Position numbers and translations under genes: made by a program
Notes under the pieces: model-generated
Told to the model about the DNA's origin: nothing
What the model saw: the letters and a program-made list of their open reading frames with translations, nothing else
Database searches by the model: none
In this document: piece after piece, positions 17,664 through 25,230 of the stretch
How positions within the stretch are numbered: the stretch's first letter is position 1
Layout: every line of letters begins with the position of its first letter
From: Enterobacter phage vB_EclS_AS5
Strand: one strand, 5' to 3'
Sequence record: OR753409.1
Length of the DNA stretch: 49,578 nucleotides

Positions 17664-18089
17664 ATGTCAGATCAATCATTTGGCGATCAGTTGCGTGCAG
17701 CAGCGCGAATGTTGGCGAGTGGCGAGCGTGATGAAATCATCATGACCGACTACCAGTTACAGCAAGCGTCCGGCAAGGAGAAAATCAACCCAAGCCACAT
17801 CCGTACCACGATGGCGCGAGAGGTTCGCACCCTGGGAGCTATCAGCGTGAAGCGAATCACGGATCCGATTGGGTACGTTTGCACATTCAACCCTGATCCG
17901 AAAAAGCGAGCGGTTGCCAGCGACGAGCTACCAGCTATCAAGGTGCGAGCGGCTAACAAGTCGCTGAAAGCGATTGCAGACGTTATGCCAAATCTCACAG
18001 ACCTGGAGGGAGAGCAGTTGCAGGGCGCTATCATTGCAGTGCAGCGCTACCAGGATTTAATCAAGAAGCAAATCAAAGAGGAGGCTTAA
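17664..18089 (+). CDS. Hypothetical early protein of 141 aa.
   Basis: First gene of the rightward early operon. RBS acggaggtaaaactATG. Confidence 0.6.
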   Translation: MSDQSFGDQLRAAARMLASGERDEIIMTDYQLQQASGKEKINPSHIRTTMAREVRTLGAISVKRITDPIGYVCTFNPDPKKRAVASDELPAIKVRAANKSLKAIADVMPNLTDLEGEQLQGAIIAVQRYQDLIKKQIKEEA

Positions 18090-18091
18090 TT

Positions 18092-18352
18092 ATGTGCAAC
18101 GAGAAAATCGATCAGCTTGTGGATGAAATCATTGAGACGCACGACCGCGCCGGATTCAACTCTATCTTTATGATATGCCCTGACGCGTGCGGCGTTACAG
18201 AGAGCGAGCTTAAAGAAGCAGTTGAGCAGGTTGAGTCCGTACTCCGAACCGATAACCCTGACGACGAAATCTTTTCAGCCTTGACCGCTTGCGATGGTGG
18301 CGGAGTGTTTGCCCTGTCATTCATCAACGCGAATACGATCTTGACCGTCTGA
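18092..18352 (+). CDS. Hypothetical protein of 86 aa.
   Basis: ORF closely following the previous gene. Confidence 0.55.
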   Translation: MCNEKIDQLVDEIIETHDRAGFNSIFMICPDACGVTESELKEAVEQVESVLRTDNPDDEIFSALTACDGGGVFALSFINANTILTV

Positions 18353-18358
18353 TTGGTA

Positions 18359-18403
18359 AATAGCACTTTTTGCTAAAACAGCCCCGCGAGAGTGGGGCAT
18401 AAT
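18359..18403 (+). promoter_or_regulatory. Regulatory cassette (class B): core, hairpin GCCCC..GGGGC, then CATAAT.
   Basis: 22 bp from TTGCTA to CATAAT. Confidence 0.55.
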
Positions 18404-18436
18404 AGCCTCAACTAAACGAATTGAGGAGATAGTAAA

Positions 18437-18685
18437 ATGACTAAAGCACAAGAAATGAAGAACATCATGGAATCAGCAAAGATGATGCTCGAATTTTCAA
18501 CCAAGCAGGAATTGATCGACAACCTTCATAAGGTGTGCATGATTGACAATGCTGGTGATATCGCGTACCGCACTATTTTTGAACAGTACATGAGCATGAG
18601 CGCCGTTCTTCATCCGTCCGTGGCGATTGACAACATTATTGCAGGGATCGAAAAACATGCAGACCACTACAACACGAGTAAGTAA
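18437..18685 (+). CDS. Hypothetical protein of 82 aa.
   Basis: RBS gaggagatagtaaaATG. Confidence 0.55.
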   Translation: MTKAQEMKNIMESAKMMLEFSTKQELIDNLHKVCMIDNAGDIAYRTIFEQYMSMSAVLHPSVAIDNIIAGIEKHADHYNTSK

Positions 18686-18866
18686 GGATGTTCGCGAATC
18701 TGCAATTGACAGATTTAAGCGCTACCACGGAAACCACACACACCATGTTTGCATCTCGCTTGACTCGATGGCGCTAAAGATAAACCTTGACCGATACAGG
18801 GATAGGCTTGATAAAAGATATGTAGAAATGATTGAGAGTAATTTGCTAAAGGAGATCGAGAAATGA
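18657..18866 (+). CDS. Hypothetical protein of about 69 aa. It overlaps the 3' end of the preceding gene and its start is uncertain.
   Basis: ORF in a different frame. The first ATG that would limit the overlap is at 18657. Confidence 0.35.
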   Translation: MQTTTTRVSKDVRESAIDRFKRYHGNHTHHVCISLDSMALKINLDRYRDRLDKRYVEMIESNLLKEIEK

Positions 18867-19054
18867 TCCGATTCAACGTTGACTATCCAGGCTTTAAATC
18901 TGGCAAGACCTATCAAGCAAAATACGCCATGCATCCATATTACGGCTACCTGGCAATCAAGGTTGTGGACGAGGACGGCGATACGCGATACCTGGCGCCT
19001 GGTCTGCTTGAGGATGGCTCAATCGTGGAGGTTGATGAAGATGAAGATCACTAA
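18863..19054 (+). CDS. Hypothetical small acidic protein of 63 aa, a member of the small GK.Y-like family.
   Basis: ATGA overlap. Sequence FKSGKTYQAKY...VDEDEDH. Confidence 0.5.
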   Translation: MIRFNVDYPGFKSGKTYQAKYAMHPYYGYLAIKVVDEDGDTRYLAPGLLEDGSIVEVDEDEDH

Positions 19055-19391
19055 TCAAGCGCGAAACTATGCATTGAAGCACGGTGTTCATATCTACGGC
19101 CTGACCAACGAGCAGAGCCGCGCCATGGTTTTCTACGATATCGCCAGCGGCACAAAGCTATGTACTTACAAGGGCTACAGCGATGATAACCCATTGCAGA
19201 AGTCTATCAACTACAAGATGAAGCCGGAAACCTGGCGAGCCATGCCTGACGATATCCGCACGGCTCAGGGTGTACAAAAAGCAATCGACGCTATGGTTGC
19301 AACTGGCACGGCGCGACTGCTGGACGAGGACGAGATAGCGGAGGCGCGCAACAAGATCCTTAAGCGGTCAACGGGGGTTGAGATCCTATGA
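19035..19391 (+). CDS. Hypothetical protein of 118 aa.
   Basis: ATG at 19035 (MKMKITNQ...) after the RBS tggaggttg. Confidence 0.55.
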   Translation: MKMKITNQARNYALKHGVHIYGLTNEQSRAMVFYDIASGTKLCTYKGYSDDNPLQKSINYKMKPETWRAMPDDIRTAQGVQKAIDAMVATGTARLLDEDEIAEARNKILKRSTGVEIL

Positions 19392-19450
19392 GCAGTTGGC
19401 ACAATGAGCACGTAATGCAATTCTACCGCCAAAGAATAAAGAAAATCCTC

Positions 19451-19501
19451 AATAGCACGAATTGCTAAAACACCAGATCGGGGTTGCGCTATAGTAACCC
19501 C
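19451..19501 (+). promoter_or_regulatory. Regulatory cassette (class A): AATAGCACgaatTGCTAAAA, 22 bp, then TATAGT in the loop of the inverted repeat GGGGTT/AACCCC.
   Basis: Core 19451-19470, -10 at 19490-19495, IR arms at 19480-19485 and 19496-19501. Confidence 0.6.
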
Positions 19502-19532
19502 ATCGAAACGAAACGAACCAAAGGGGTTTAGC

Positions 19533-19712
19533 ATGGATAAGGTTATGATGATGAGCGAAATAAAAGCAGGAATGATGGTTAAGTTCGGTGGAGTCTATCG
19601 CTTGGTTCTGAATAACTGCCGCAAGGAGAACATCCTTACTATCCGCGTGAGAGGCAAGGCTCAACTCATCGCACCTGCTGGAGATATAGAGCTTGAGGTA
19701 AGAATCAAATAG
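19533..19712 (+). CDS. Small hypothetical protein of 59 aa.
   Basis: ATG after gggtttagc. The stop TAG is embedded in the next cassette core. Confidence 0.45.
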   Translation: MDKVMMMSEIKAGMMVKFGGVYRLVLNNCRKENILTIRVRGKAQLIAPAGDIELEVRIK

Positions 19713-19758
19713 CACGAATTGCTAAAAACTGGATCGGGTGTGCTGGTATAGTACACCC
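19708..19758 (+). promoter_or_regulatory. Regulatory cassette (class A): core, 22 bp, then TATAGT flanked by GGGTGT/ACACCC.
   Basis: Core 19708-19727, -10 at 19747-19752, IR arms at 19736-19741 and 19753-19758. Confidence 0.6.
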
Positions 19759-19783
19759 ATACCAAACAACTGAGGAATTAACA

Positions 19784-19951
19784 ATGAAATCTCGCAAATA
19801 CCGCAACATCTTCAACAACCTGGCGTACTGGCTGGAGGACGGCGCTGTCATGGTTAGCAACGGCGAGCAAACAAAGAAATCGCTGTTAAGCGCAGAGGAG
19901 TTTTTCATTGCGGTCGCTCGTGACATTCTGGTACTGATCGAGGAGGAATAA
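19784..19951 (+). CDS. Small hypothetical protein of 55 aa.
   Basis: RBS gaggaattaacaATG. Confidence 0.45.
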   Translation: MKSRKYRNIFNNLAYWLEDGAVMVSNGEQTKKSLLSAEEFFIAVARDILVLIEEE

Positions 19952-19954
19952 TAC

Positions 19955-20197
19955 ATGCTGTCAATTCGCAACTGGTTTATGCGTCTAATCGGGAAAGAGG
20001 TTGATGCTTTCGGCTACAACATTCCGGCAAACTTCAAGCGTGCTTGCCCTGGCAATGCGGCTGGAGTGTATTGGGAAATGCCAGACGGCACATACTGGTT
20101 CACGGTGGTTTCTGGAACGTCAATTGAGGTTAGCGAGCGCGACTATGAGCGCGGCACATGGTTTAAGGCAATGCTGGAAGTAGGGGAGGAATTTTAA
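19955..20197 (+). CDS. Hypothetical protein of 80 aa.
   Basis: ORF coupled to the neighbouring genes. Confidence 0.55.
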   Translation: MLSIRNWFMRLIGKEVDAFGYNIPANFKRACPGNAAGVYWEMPDGTYWFTVVSGTSIEVSERDYERGTWFKAMLEVGEEF

Positions 20198-20733
20198 TGA
20201 TCAAATTTGAGCTTTGGGGTCACACATACCACTTGCGCGGCACTTATGGTGTCGTCATTGTAGACCTGGACGGCACGCTATCGGACGGCACGCACCGCTT
20301 GCACATGATGCCAACAAAAGACCTGCACCTCACTGAAAGCTGGAGCGAGTTTAACAGGGCGGCGCAGAATGACGCGCCAATCCAGGACACGATTGATACT
20401 GTTAACATGCTTTGGAAAGCTGGAATGGGCGTGGTTATCCTGACTGGTCGATCTGATGAGGTGGAAACAGAAACCATCCTTTGGCTAGATCGCCACAAAG
20501 TCAAATATGACTGGCTTATCATGCGCCGCGCCGATGACAACCGCAAGGACACCGTTATCAAAGAGGAGGTATTGCGCACAATCGGCTTGCATCATATTAC
20601 GTGCGCCTTTGATGATTCGCCAAGTGTGATCAAGCACTTCCGCAGCCTGGGGATCACAACCTATCAGGTGACGGAATACGACAAGCCGCACGCTCATTTA
20701 CAGAGTCACGGCGTGGACAAGCTGGATGGATAA
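20197..20733 (+). CDS. HAD-superfamily phosphatase, resembling a Pnk-type 3'-phosphatase or a nucleotidase.
   Basis: Motif I VIVDLDGTL, motif II VILTGR and motif IV AFDDSP. Confidence 0.65.
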   Translation: MIKFELWGHTYHLRGTYGVVIVDLDGTLSDGTHRLHMMPTKDLHLTESWSEFNRAAQNDAPIQDTIDTVNMLWKAGMGVVILTGRSDEVETETILWLDRHKVKYDWLIMRRADDNRKDTVIKEEVLRTIGLHHITCAFDDSPSVIKHFRSLGITTYQVTEYDKPHAHLQSHGVDKLDG

Positions 20734-20938
20734 GATCGTAACTTTTATTTTCGGGGCGGTTATCTCCGCCCTATCAATCCTGCTGGTGTTTATTCTCTGC
20801 GCTGGCATATACATGACGACGAGCGACGATTACACCTGTGAGAAAACAGGTCGCCAGGTTCTCGTGATGTTGCCAGCCGGAAAGGTAATGGTTCCTGTCA
20901 TGCAGGAAGAAACTATTTGCAAGAGGGTAGAGAAATGA
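20726..20938 (+). CDS. Small membrane protein of 70 aa.
   Basis: TMD IFGAVISALSILLVFILCAGIYM. Confidence 0.5.
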   Translation: MDKIVTFIFGAVISALSILLVFILCAGIYMTTSDDYTCEKTGRQVLVMLPAGKVMVPVMQEETICKRVEK

Positions 20939-21150
20939 TTGTGACGCACGATGTAGAGCCAGGCGCGAGCACTGCGCAGGACATGGTTGCCGGAATGCCG
21001 CCAAAATCGCACAGAATGGTGCGTATACGCGGTTATAAATTCAATGTAAGCCAAACACTCAAGGAAATTTTAGCCTTGCCAGAAGTCGATACAGCGATTG
21101 TGGGAGTGCATACAAACGAATATGTTTCTTTCCACATTGTGACGAAATAG
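20935..21150 (+). CDS. Hypothetical protein of 71 aa.
   Basis: ATGA overlap. The stop TAG lies inside the cassette core. Confidence 0.5.
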   Translation: MIVTHDVEPGASTAQDMVAGMPPKSHRMVRIRGYKFNVSQTLKEILALPEVDTAIVGVHTNEYVSFHIVTK

Positions 21151-21190
21151 CACGAATTGCTAAAAACGGGGTGGGCAACCCCGTTATAAT
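21146..21190 (+). promoter_or_regulatory. Regulatory cassette: core, hairpin ACGGGGT..ACCCCGT, then TATAAT.
   Basis: Core 21146-21165, -10 at 21185-21190, 22-bp spacing. Confidence 0.6.
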
Positions 21191-21222
21191 GCACCCATAC
21201 CAACCAACGAGAGGAAAACAAA

Positions 21223-21456
21223 ATGCGAGCAATGATTAAAACAACTGGCGGCTACACTGGCATGAAGAATGTGAAATTACCGCTCACTCTCAAAGCGGTT
21301 TCCAGCGGCTACGGCACTGTAGATGTTAGCATGGCGGAGTTGATTTACCACGGCTACGATTTCGCAGCAGGACAGGCAGACGAGATCCCTGACTGCGAAT
21401 TTAATTCTCAGACACTTACTTTCACCATTGGCGCAGAGGCGGATATTGTAGAATGA
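21223..21456 (+). CDS. Hypothetical protein of 77 aa.
   Basis: RBS gagaggaaaacaaaATG. Confidence 0.55.
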   Translation: MRAMIKTTGGYTGMKNVKLPLTLKAVSSGYGTVDVSMAELIYHGYDFAAGQADEIPDCEFNSQTLTFTIGAEADIVE

Positions 21457-21680
21457 AATTTCAGATCTTTAAGGCGATTGACAAGTTAGACGGCAAGCTT
21501 TCCCTTTTCATGTTCGACGAGGAAAACAATTATACTGTCGTGTGGTACGAAGATGAGAACATAGCAAAACTGGTTAAGGCGGCACGAAAGCGCGGTTGCG
21601 ATTGGTCTGATATACCAGGTAAGAAGTCACGCCGCGACTACATGATTGATCCGGTTCTGCTCTGTGAGATTGAAGCATGA
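21453..21680 (+). CDS. Hypothetical protein of 75 aa, paralogous to the product of 23459..23677.
   Basis: The N-terminus MKFQIFKAIDKLDGKLSLFMF parallels MKFSIYRAIDITDGHDSLFLV. Confidence 0.55.
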   Translation: MKFQIFKAIDKLDGKLSLFMFDEENNYTVVWYEDENIAKLVKAARKRGCDWSDIPGKKSRRDYMIDPVLLCEIEA

Positions 21681-21868
21681 AGTGCATCCGGTCAACATAC
21701 GATCTATTCAAGGCGGGTGAGAGTTACCCGCTAGTTGAGAAAGGCCAGGTCTGGCGGTTCACTGTGTACGAGTACACTGACGCGCAGGGTTGGGTTTATA
21801 CGTTCGGACTCGACGAGAACGGCGAGAACGAAACAGACGGCAATTTCATGAAATTCACAAAGGAGTAA
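21677..21868 (+). CDS. Hypothetical protein of 63 aa.
   Basis: ATGA overlap. Confidence 0.5.
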   Translation: MKCIRSTYDLFKAGESYPLVEKGQVWRFTVYEYTDAQGWVYTFGLDENGENETDGNFMKFTKE

Positions 21869-21872
21869 CAAG

Positions 21873-22103
21873 ATGATTGAGATCAAATTCAAAGGCAACA
21901 CCAAGCGATTCAACGGCGCACCAATCCACAAGGACGCAACGCACGCGGTAGCTGGTCGCAATTTCGGCACTTACTTTAAGCTCAACGGCGAATGGTATTT
22001 CACTGTTTTCCCTGGTTACGCTCTTAAATGCATGGTTGCAGATCAGGATTTTGATATCCGCAAACACATCAAAGACGACGCGGAAATCACAGAGCTTAAA
22101 TAG
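21873..22103 (+). CDS. Hypothetical protein of 76 aa.
   Basis: RBS aaaggagtaacaagATG. The stop TAG lies in the cassette core. Confidence 0.55.
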   Translation: MIEIKFKGNTKRFNGAPIHKDATHAVAGRNFGTYFKLNGEWYFTVFPGYALKCMVADQDFDIRKHIKDDAEITELK

Positions 22104-22150
22104 CACTTTTTGCTAAAGACTTTCCGCGAGGCCATTGTTATAGTGGCCTC
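22099..22150 (+). promoter_or_regulatory. Regulatory cassette (class A): core, then TATAGT flanked by GAGGCCA/TGGCCTC.
   Basis: Core 22099-22118, -10 at 22139-22144, IR arms at 22128-22134 and 22144-22150. Confidence 0.55.
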
Positions 22151-22182
22151 ATTGAAAGCAACCACGCAAACAGGAGATAAAA

Positions 22183-22337
22183 ATGCGTAACTTTGAGAAA
22201 ATCCGCACTAACAAAGACCGCCGCGCTGCTGGTGAGATTGTAGATTCACACCGTCGCCGCAAGAAAACACAAAAGCGCGGGAGTGCGGCAAAGCGCATGA
22301 ATTGGGATCGGCTTCAAACTAACTACAGGGCGAAATA
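22183..22337 (+). CDS. Small, very basic protein of 51 aa.
   Basis: RBS caggagataaaaATG. Rich in K/R (RRRKKTQKRGSAAKR). Confidence 0.45.
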
Positions 22338-22526
22338 ATGTTTACAATGCGTGACCACAGCGAATTGCAGGACAAAACGGCGGAATACCTCCGACAACTT
22401 GCAGACGACATAGAGAGCGGTAAAGTGTGCGTTGACCGCATGACCATCGAATCATCAATCGAATGGTTCAAGATCGAGAAGCGCGAAATCATAATCAACA
22501 CTCAAGAGGTGAAAGACGATGAATAA
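22338..22526 (+). CDS. Hypothetical protein of 62 aa.
   Basis: Starts at the upstream stop as TAATG. Confidence 0.5.
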   Translation: MFTMRDHSELQDKTAEYLRQLADDIESGKVCVDRMTIESSIEWFKIEKREIIINTQEVKDDE

Positions 22527-23091
22527 AAAGGTTATCATCCTCAATGCTCCGCCAGGTGCTGGCAAGGACACAATCGGTGGCCTGATCTGCAAGCACGCGC
22601 CACAATACGTTGTTAAGCGCTCATTCAAAGAGCCGATGTTTAAGATCGCAAAGGCAATGTTGGGTGATTATCGTTTCGGCCTGTTTATGCAATCCTATGA
22701 CGACAGGGAGAGAAAAGAAAAAGCGCAATCTTTCCTGAATGGTAAATCACCTCGCCAGTTTATGATCTGGATTAGCGAGGACGTGATAAAACCTCAGTTT
22801 GGGAATCAGTATTTTGGTACGGTAATGGCTGAGGCGGTGCGAGATAGCCAGGTTCCGGTTGTCATTACTGACGGCGGTTTTCCTGATGAAGTTAAGCCAC
22901 TGGTCAGCGCTGGGGTTCAGGTAAACATTTGCCGACTGCACCGCACAGGATATGCTTTTGATGGTGACAGCCGCGATTATCTAAACCTGGATGGCTACCA
23001 TCACCGCATTGTTACGCGAGATTACATTCTTGTCCATGGTGATCCAATGCACACTGTAGACCAGATTTGCGAGGATATACTAAGTGATTAG
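22519..23091 (+). CDS. P-loop kinase, dNMP-kinase-like.
   Basis: Walker A NAPPGAGKDT resembles the T4 gp1 GxxGSGKDT motif. A second region is VVITDGGFPDE. Confidence 0.55.
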   Translation: MNKKVIILNAPPGAGKDTIGGLICKHAPQYVVKRSFKEPMFKIAKAMLGDYRFGLFMQSYDDRERKEKAQSFLNGKSPRQFMIWISEDVIKPQFGNQYFGTVMAEAVRDSQVPVVITDGGFPDEVKPLVSAGVQVNICRLHRTGYAFDGDSRDYLNLDGYHHRIVTRDYILVHGDPMHTVDQICEDILSD

Positions 23092-23187
23092 CACACCGAA
23101 CGATCCAAAAGAGCCATTTGACTTCCACAAGGCCGCCGTTATCGGCCTTACAATCCTGACCATCTTTTACACTGTGCGAGGTGTTTT

Positions 23188-23385
23188 ATGGCTGTTAACA
23201 CACTAAAGCGAATCGGCGTTATCATGCTAATTATCGGAGGGTCATTGCTAACAGAACCAGGTTTTGCAAACACGGTTGGAAGTATGGCGCTGTTAATTGG
23301 CGGTCTTATTGGCGGCTACATGGACGGCGTAAAGGCTGGGCGGCGTGAGGCGTTCGGCGGCGAAGATAAAAATCCGATCAAATAG
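23188..23385 (+). CDS. Small membrane protein of 65 aa.
   Basis: Two hydrophobic segments. The stop TAG lies in the cassette core. Confidence 0.5.
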   Translation: MAVNTLKRIGVIMLIIGGSLLTEPGFANTVGSMALLIGGLIGGYMDGVKAGRREAFGGEDKNPIK

Positions 23386-23431
23386 CACGAATTGCTAAAA
23401 CAGGTTAAAGGGCTTGCGGTATAGTAAGCCC
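23381..23431 (+). promoter_or_regulatory. Regulatory cassette (class A): core, 22 bp, then TATAGT flanked by GGGCTT/AAGCCC.
   Basis: Core 23381-23400, -10 at 23420-23425, IR arms at 23410-23415 and 23426-23431. Confidence 0.6.
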
Positions 23432-23458
23432 ATACCAAACAAACAGGAGGAAAACGAA

Positions 23459-23677
23459 ATGAAATTCTCTATCTACCGCGCAATCGACATCACTGATGGT
23501 CATGACTCACTTTTCCTTGTTCGTGAGGATAGCAAAGAGGCAATATGTATTTTTTATTTTGCCGACTACCAGATTGACCACCTGAGAGATTGCGCCAAGA
23601 ATTACGAGAATGAATTGTGGTTCTCAAGCGAGAGCCTTATGCGAGAGCAAACACTGATTGAAGTTATTGAGATTTGA
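23459..23677 (+). CDS. Hypothetical protein of 72 aa, paralogous to the product of 21453..21680.
   Basis: RBS caggaggaaaacgaaATG. N-terminus MKFSIYRAIDITDGHDSLF. Confidence 0.55.
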   Translation: MKFSIYRAIDITDGHDSLFLVREDSKEAICIFYFADYQIDHLRDCAKNYENELWFSSESLMREQTLIEVIEI

Positions 23678-23725
23678 CATCACGAATTGCTAAAACTTCC
23701 GCTAGGGCATTTGATATAGTGCCCT
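23678..23725 (+). promoter_or_regulatory. Regulatory cassette with a degenerate core (catcacgaatTGCTAAAA), 22 bp, then TATAGT flanked by AGGGCA/TGCCCT.
   Basis: -10 at 23715-23720, IR arms at 23704-23709 and 23720-23725. Confidence 0.5.
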
Positions 23726-23761
23726 CATTGAAGTAAAGCAACCAATCAAGGAGATAACGAA

Positions 23762-24040
23762 ATGGCTACTATCCGCAAACACCTGGTAAACGCATTCGAG
23801 AACGTTGGCGAGCGCTACGGCTGGGATGATGGACTGAAAACACCTTATACGGCACGCCGCCAGGGTTTCAAATCACTGCGCGAGTGGGCGCGTTGCATGG
23901 CGGCTAACTACATGCCGGAGAACTGGCAACTCATGCCTGACTCGCTGCGCGAAATGATCGAAGAAGCACAGGCGGCAGGTGTGCCACTAACTCAGCATGA
24001 TTTTGACGACTACGCAGAGGAAGAAATTTTATGCTGGTAA
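23762..24040 (+). CDS. Hypothetical protein of 92 aa.
   Basis: RBS caaggagataacgaaATG. Confidence 0.55.
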   Translation: MATIRKHLVNAFENVGERYGWDDGLKTPYTARRQGFKSLREWARCMAANYMPENWQLMPDSLREMIEEAQAAGVPLTQHDFDDYAEEEILCW

Positions 24041-24225
24041 AAATCCGCACGGATTATGAGGACTCGCCGTGGATAGCGGAGGGTAAGATTTACGAGGCGG
24101 TATTGGTCAAAACAGGCCGCTACGCTGGAACATATAAGTTTATTGGGGAGTTAGGCTCCCCATGCTACACAAGGCTTGAGCATTCAATTCATATCGGCGG
24201 AAAAGATTGGGAGATTGTAGAATGA
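24031..24225 (+). CDS. Hypothetical protein of 64 aa, a member of the small GK.Y family.
   Basis: Overlapping start. Contains AEGKIYEAVLVKTGRYAGTYKF. Confidence 0.5.
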   Translation: MLVKIRTDYEDSPWIAEGKIYEAVLVKTGRYAGTYKFIGELGSPCYTRLEHSIHIGGKDWEIVE

Positions 24226-24677
24226 AATATTACGTGCGTCCTACTGTAGATGGTGAAAACTTTACTGCTGGCAAACTCTACGAGATTCAGCATTGTTTTG
24301 GAACTGGTCGCGTTATCGTGCTCAACGATGCAAAAGAGGAAACCATTGTGCGTTGCGATGGTGTTGTGTCGGCTCGCCTGGACTGGCGCGGAAAGTTTGA
24401 GCGCGTGAACATTCCAGGAGCACAAGAAGCGATGGAATCGGCAGAACGCGCTGCGGCTCAAGCGATCAGAATGATGCGAAGCGGTAGCGGCTGGCTAATT
24501 GAGAAAGACGGTGTGTTTATCGCTAGCGGAAATTTCAAGGCGGCAGATAAAGATCCAAATGTCGAAGTCCTGGAAAAGCTGCGTGAAATCCTGCGCGTAC
24601 CGGAGGGTGAGAACATCCTGACACATGCGAAAGTTGTGCGAGTGCTGGCTGATGGGTTAATCAAACTCCAAAAGTAA
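24222..24677 (+). CDS. Hypothetical protein of 151 aa.
   Basis: ATGA overlap. The N-terminus FTAGKLYEIQ is like the small-family motif. Confidence 0.55.
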   Translation: MKYYVRPTVDGENFTAGKLYEIQHCFGTGRVIVLNDAKEETIVRCDGVVSARLDWRGKFERVNIPGAQEAMESAERAAAQAIRMMRSGSGWLIEKDGVFIASGNFKAADKDPNVEVLEKLREILRVPEGENILTHAKVVRVLADGLIKLQK

Positions 24678-24729
24678 AATAGCACTTTTTGCTAAAACTC
24701 AGATGGGGGTAGGCTGGTATAGTTACCCC
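24678..24729 (+). promoter_or_regulatory. Regulatory cassette (class A): core, 23 bp, then TATAGT flanked by GGGGTA/TACCCC.
   Basis: Core 24678-24697, -10 at 24718-24723, IR arms at 24706-24711 and 24724-24729. Leader catcgaaacgaaacggagaaacgaaaATG. Confidence 0.6.
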
Positions 24730-24754
24730 ATCGAAACGAAACGGAGAAACGAAA

Positions 24755-24973
24755 ATGGCAGTATTTACAGAAAGCTACTTTGAAGCACGTCGCACTTATG
24801 GCGCAATCATGGCGGGTTGCCAGTATGAGCTTGTGGCAACCGATGATGGATATGGCCTCGTGATTGACGATTGCGGCACTTGCTACGAGGTGACTTTCGA
24901 TAAGTACGATCCAGATGTGGCTATGCTGAAAAATGCACCACTGATTAAATTTGACCGTGTGGAGGAAGAATGA
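24755..24973 (+). CDS. Hypothetical protein of 72 aa.
   Basis: ORF with the conserved leader and an RBS. Confidence 0.55.
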   Translation: MAVFTESYFEARRTYGAIMAGCQYELVATDDGYGLVIDDCGTCYEVTFDKYDPDVAMLKNAPLIKFDRVEEE

Positions 24974-25230
24974 TCCAGATTAACCTTTCAGTGCAGCAAG
25001 CGCGGCAACTCCTTGAGTCCCTGGGCTGGCGCATCGACATCGGCAATGTGTCGGCTTGTCACGTTGACTCAGAAGTTGCAAAGGAAATGTTTATGCAGCT
25101 TGAGCAAAAGCTGATGCCAGTGGGAACCGAACAGGCGAATCTGGCGGCATGGCGTGCAGAAGCTGGTTACACTGCAAAAGCCGTCGAGGATTGGAAGCGC
25201 AAGAATGAGACAATGGAGGGTTTTGAATGA
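24970..25230 (+). CDS. Hypothetical protein of 86 aa.
   Basis: ATGA overlap. Confidence 0.55.
   Translation: MIQINLSVQQARQLLESLGWRIDIGNVSACHVDSEVAKEMFMQLEQKLMPVGTEQANLAAWRAEAGYTAKAVEDWKRKNETMEGFE

Noticed and set aside
17133-17745. ORFs 17133..17423 and 17332..17745 in the divergent control region.
   Set aside because: The sequence is low complexity and AT-rich. They have no ribosome-binding sites and overlap iterons and promoters, so they are more likely non-coding origin or regulatory DNA.
19462-19467. TTGCTA inside the cassette core as the -35 hexamer.
   Set aside because: The distance to the downstream hexamer is consistently 22 bp rather than 16-18. The hexamer actually at -35 is AAAACA-like, so the core is more likely an activator or other binding site centred at -42.
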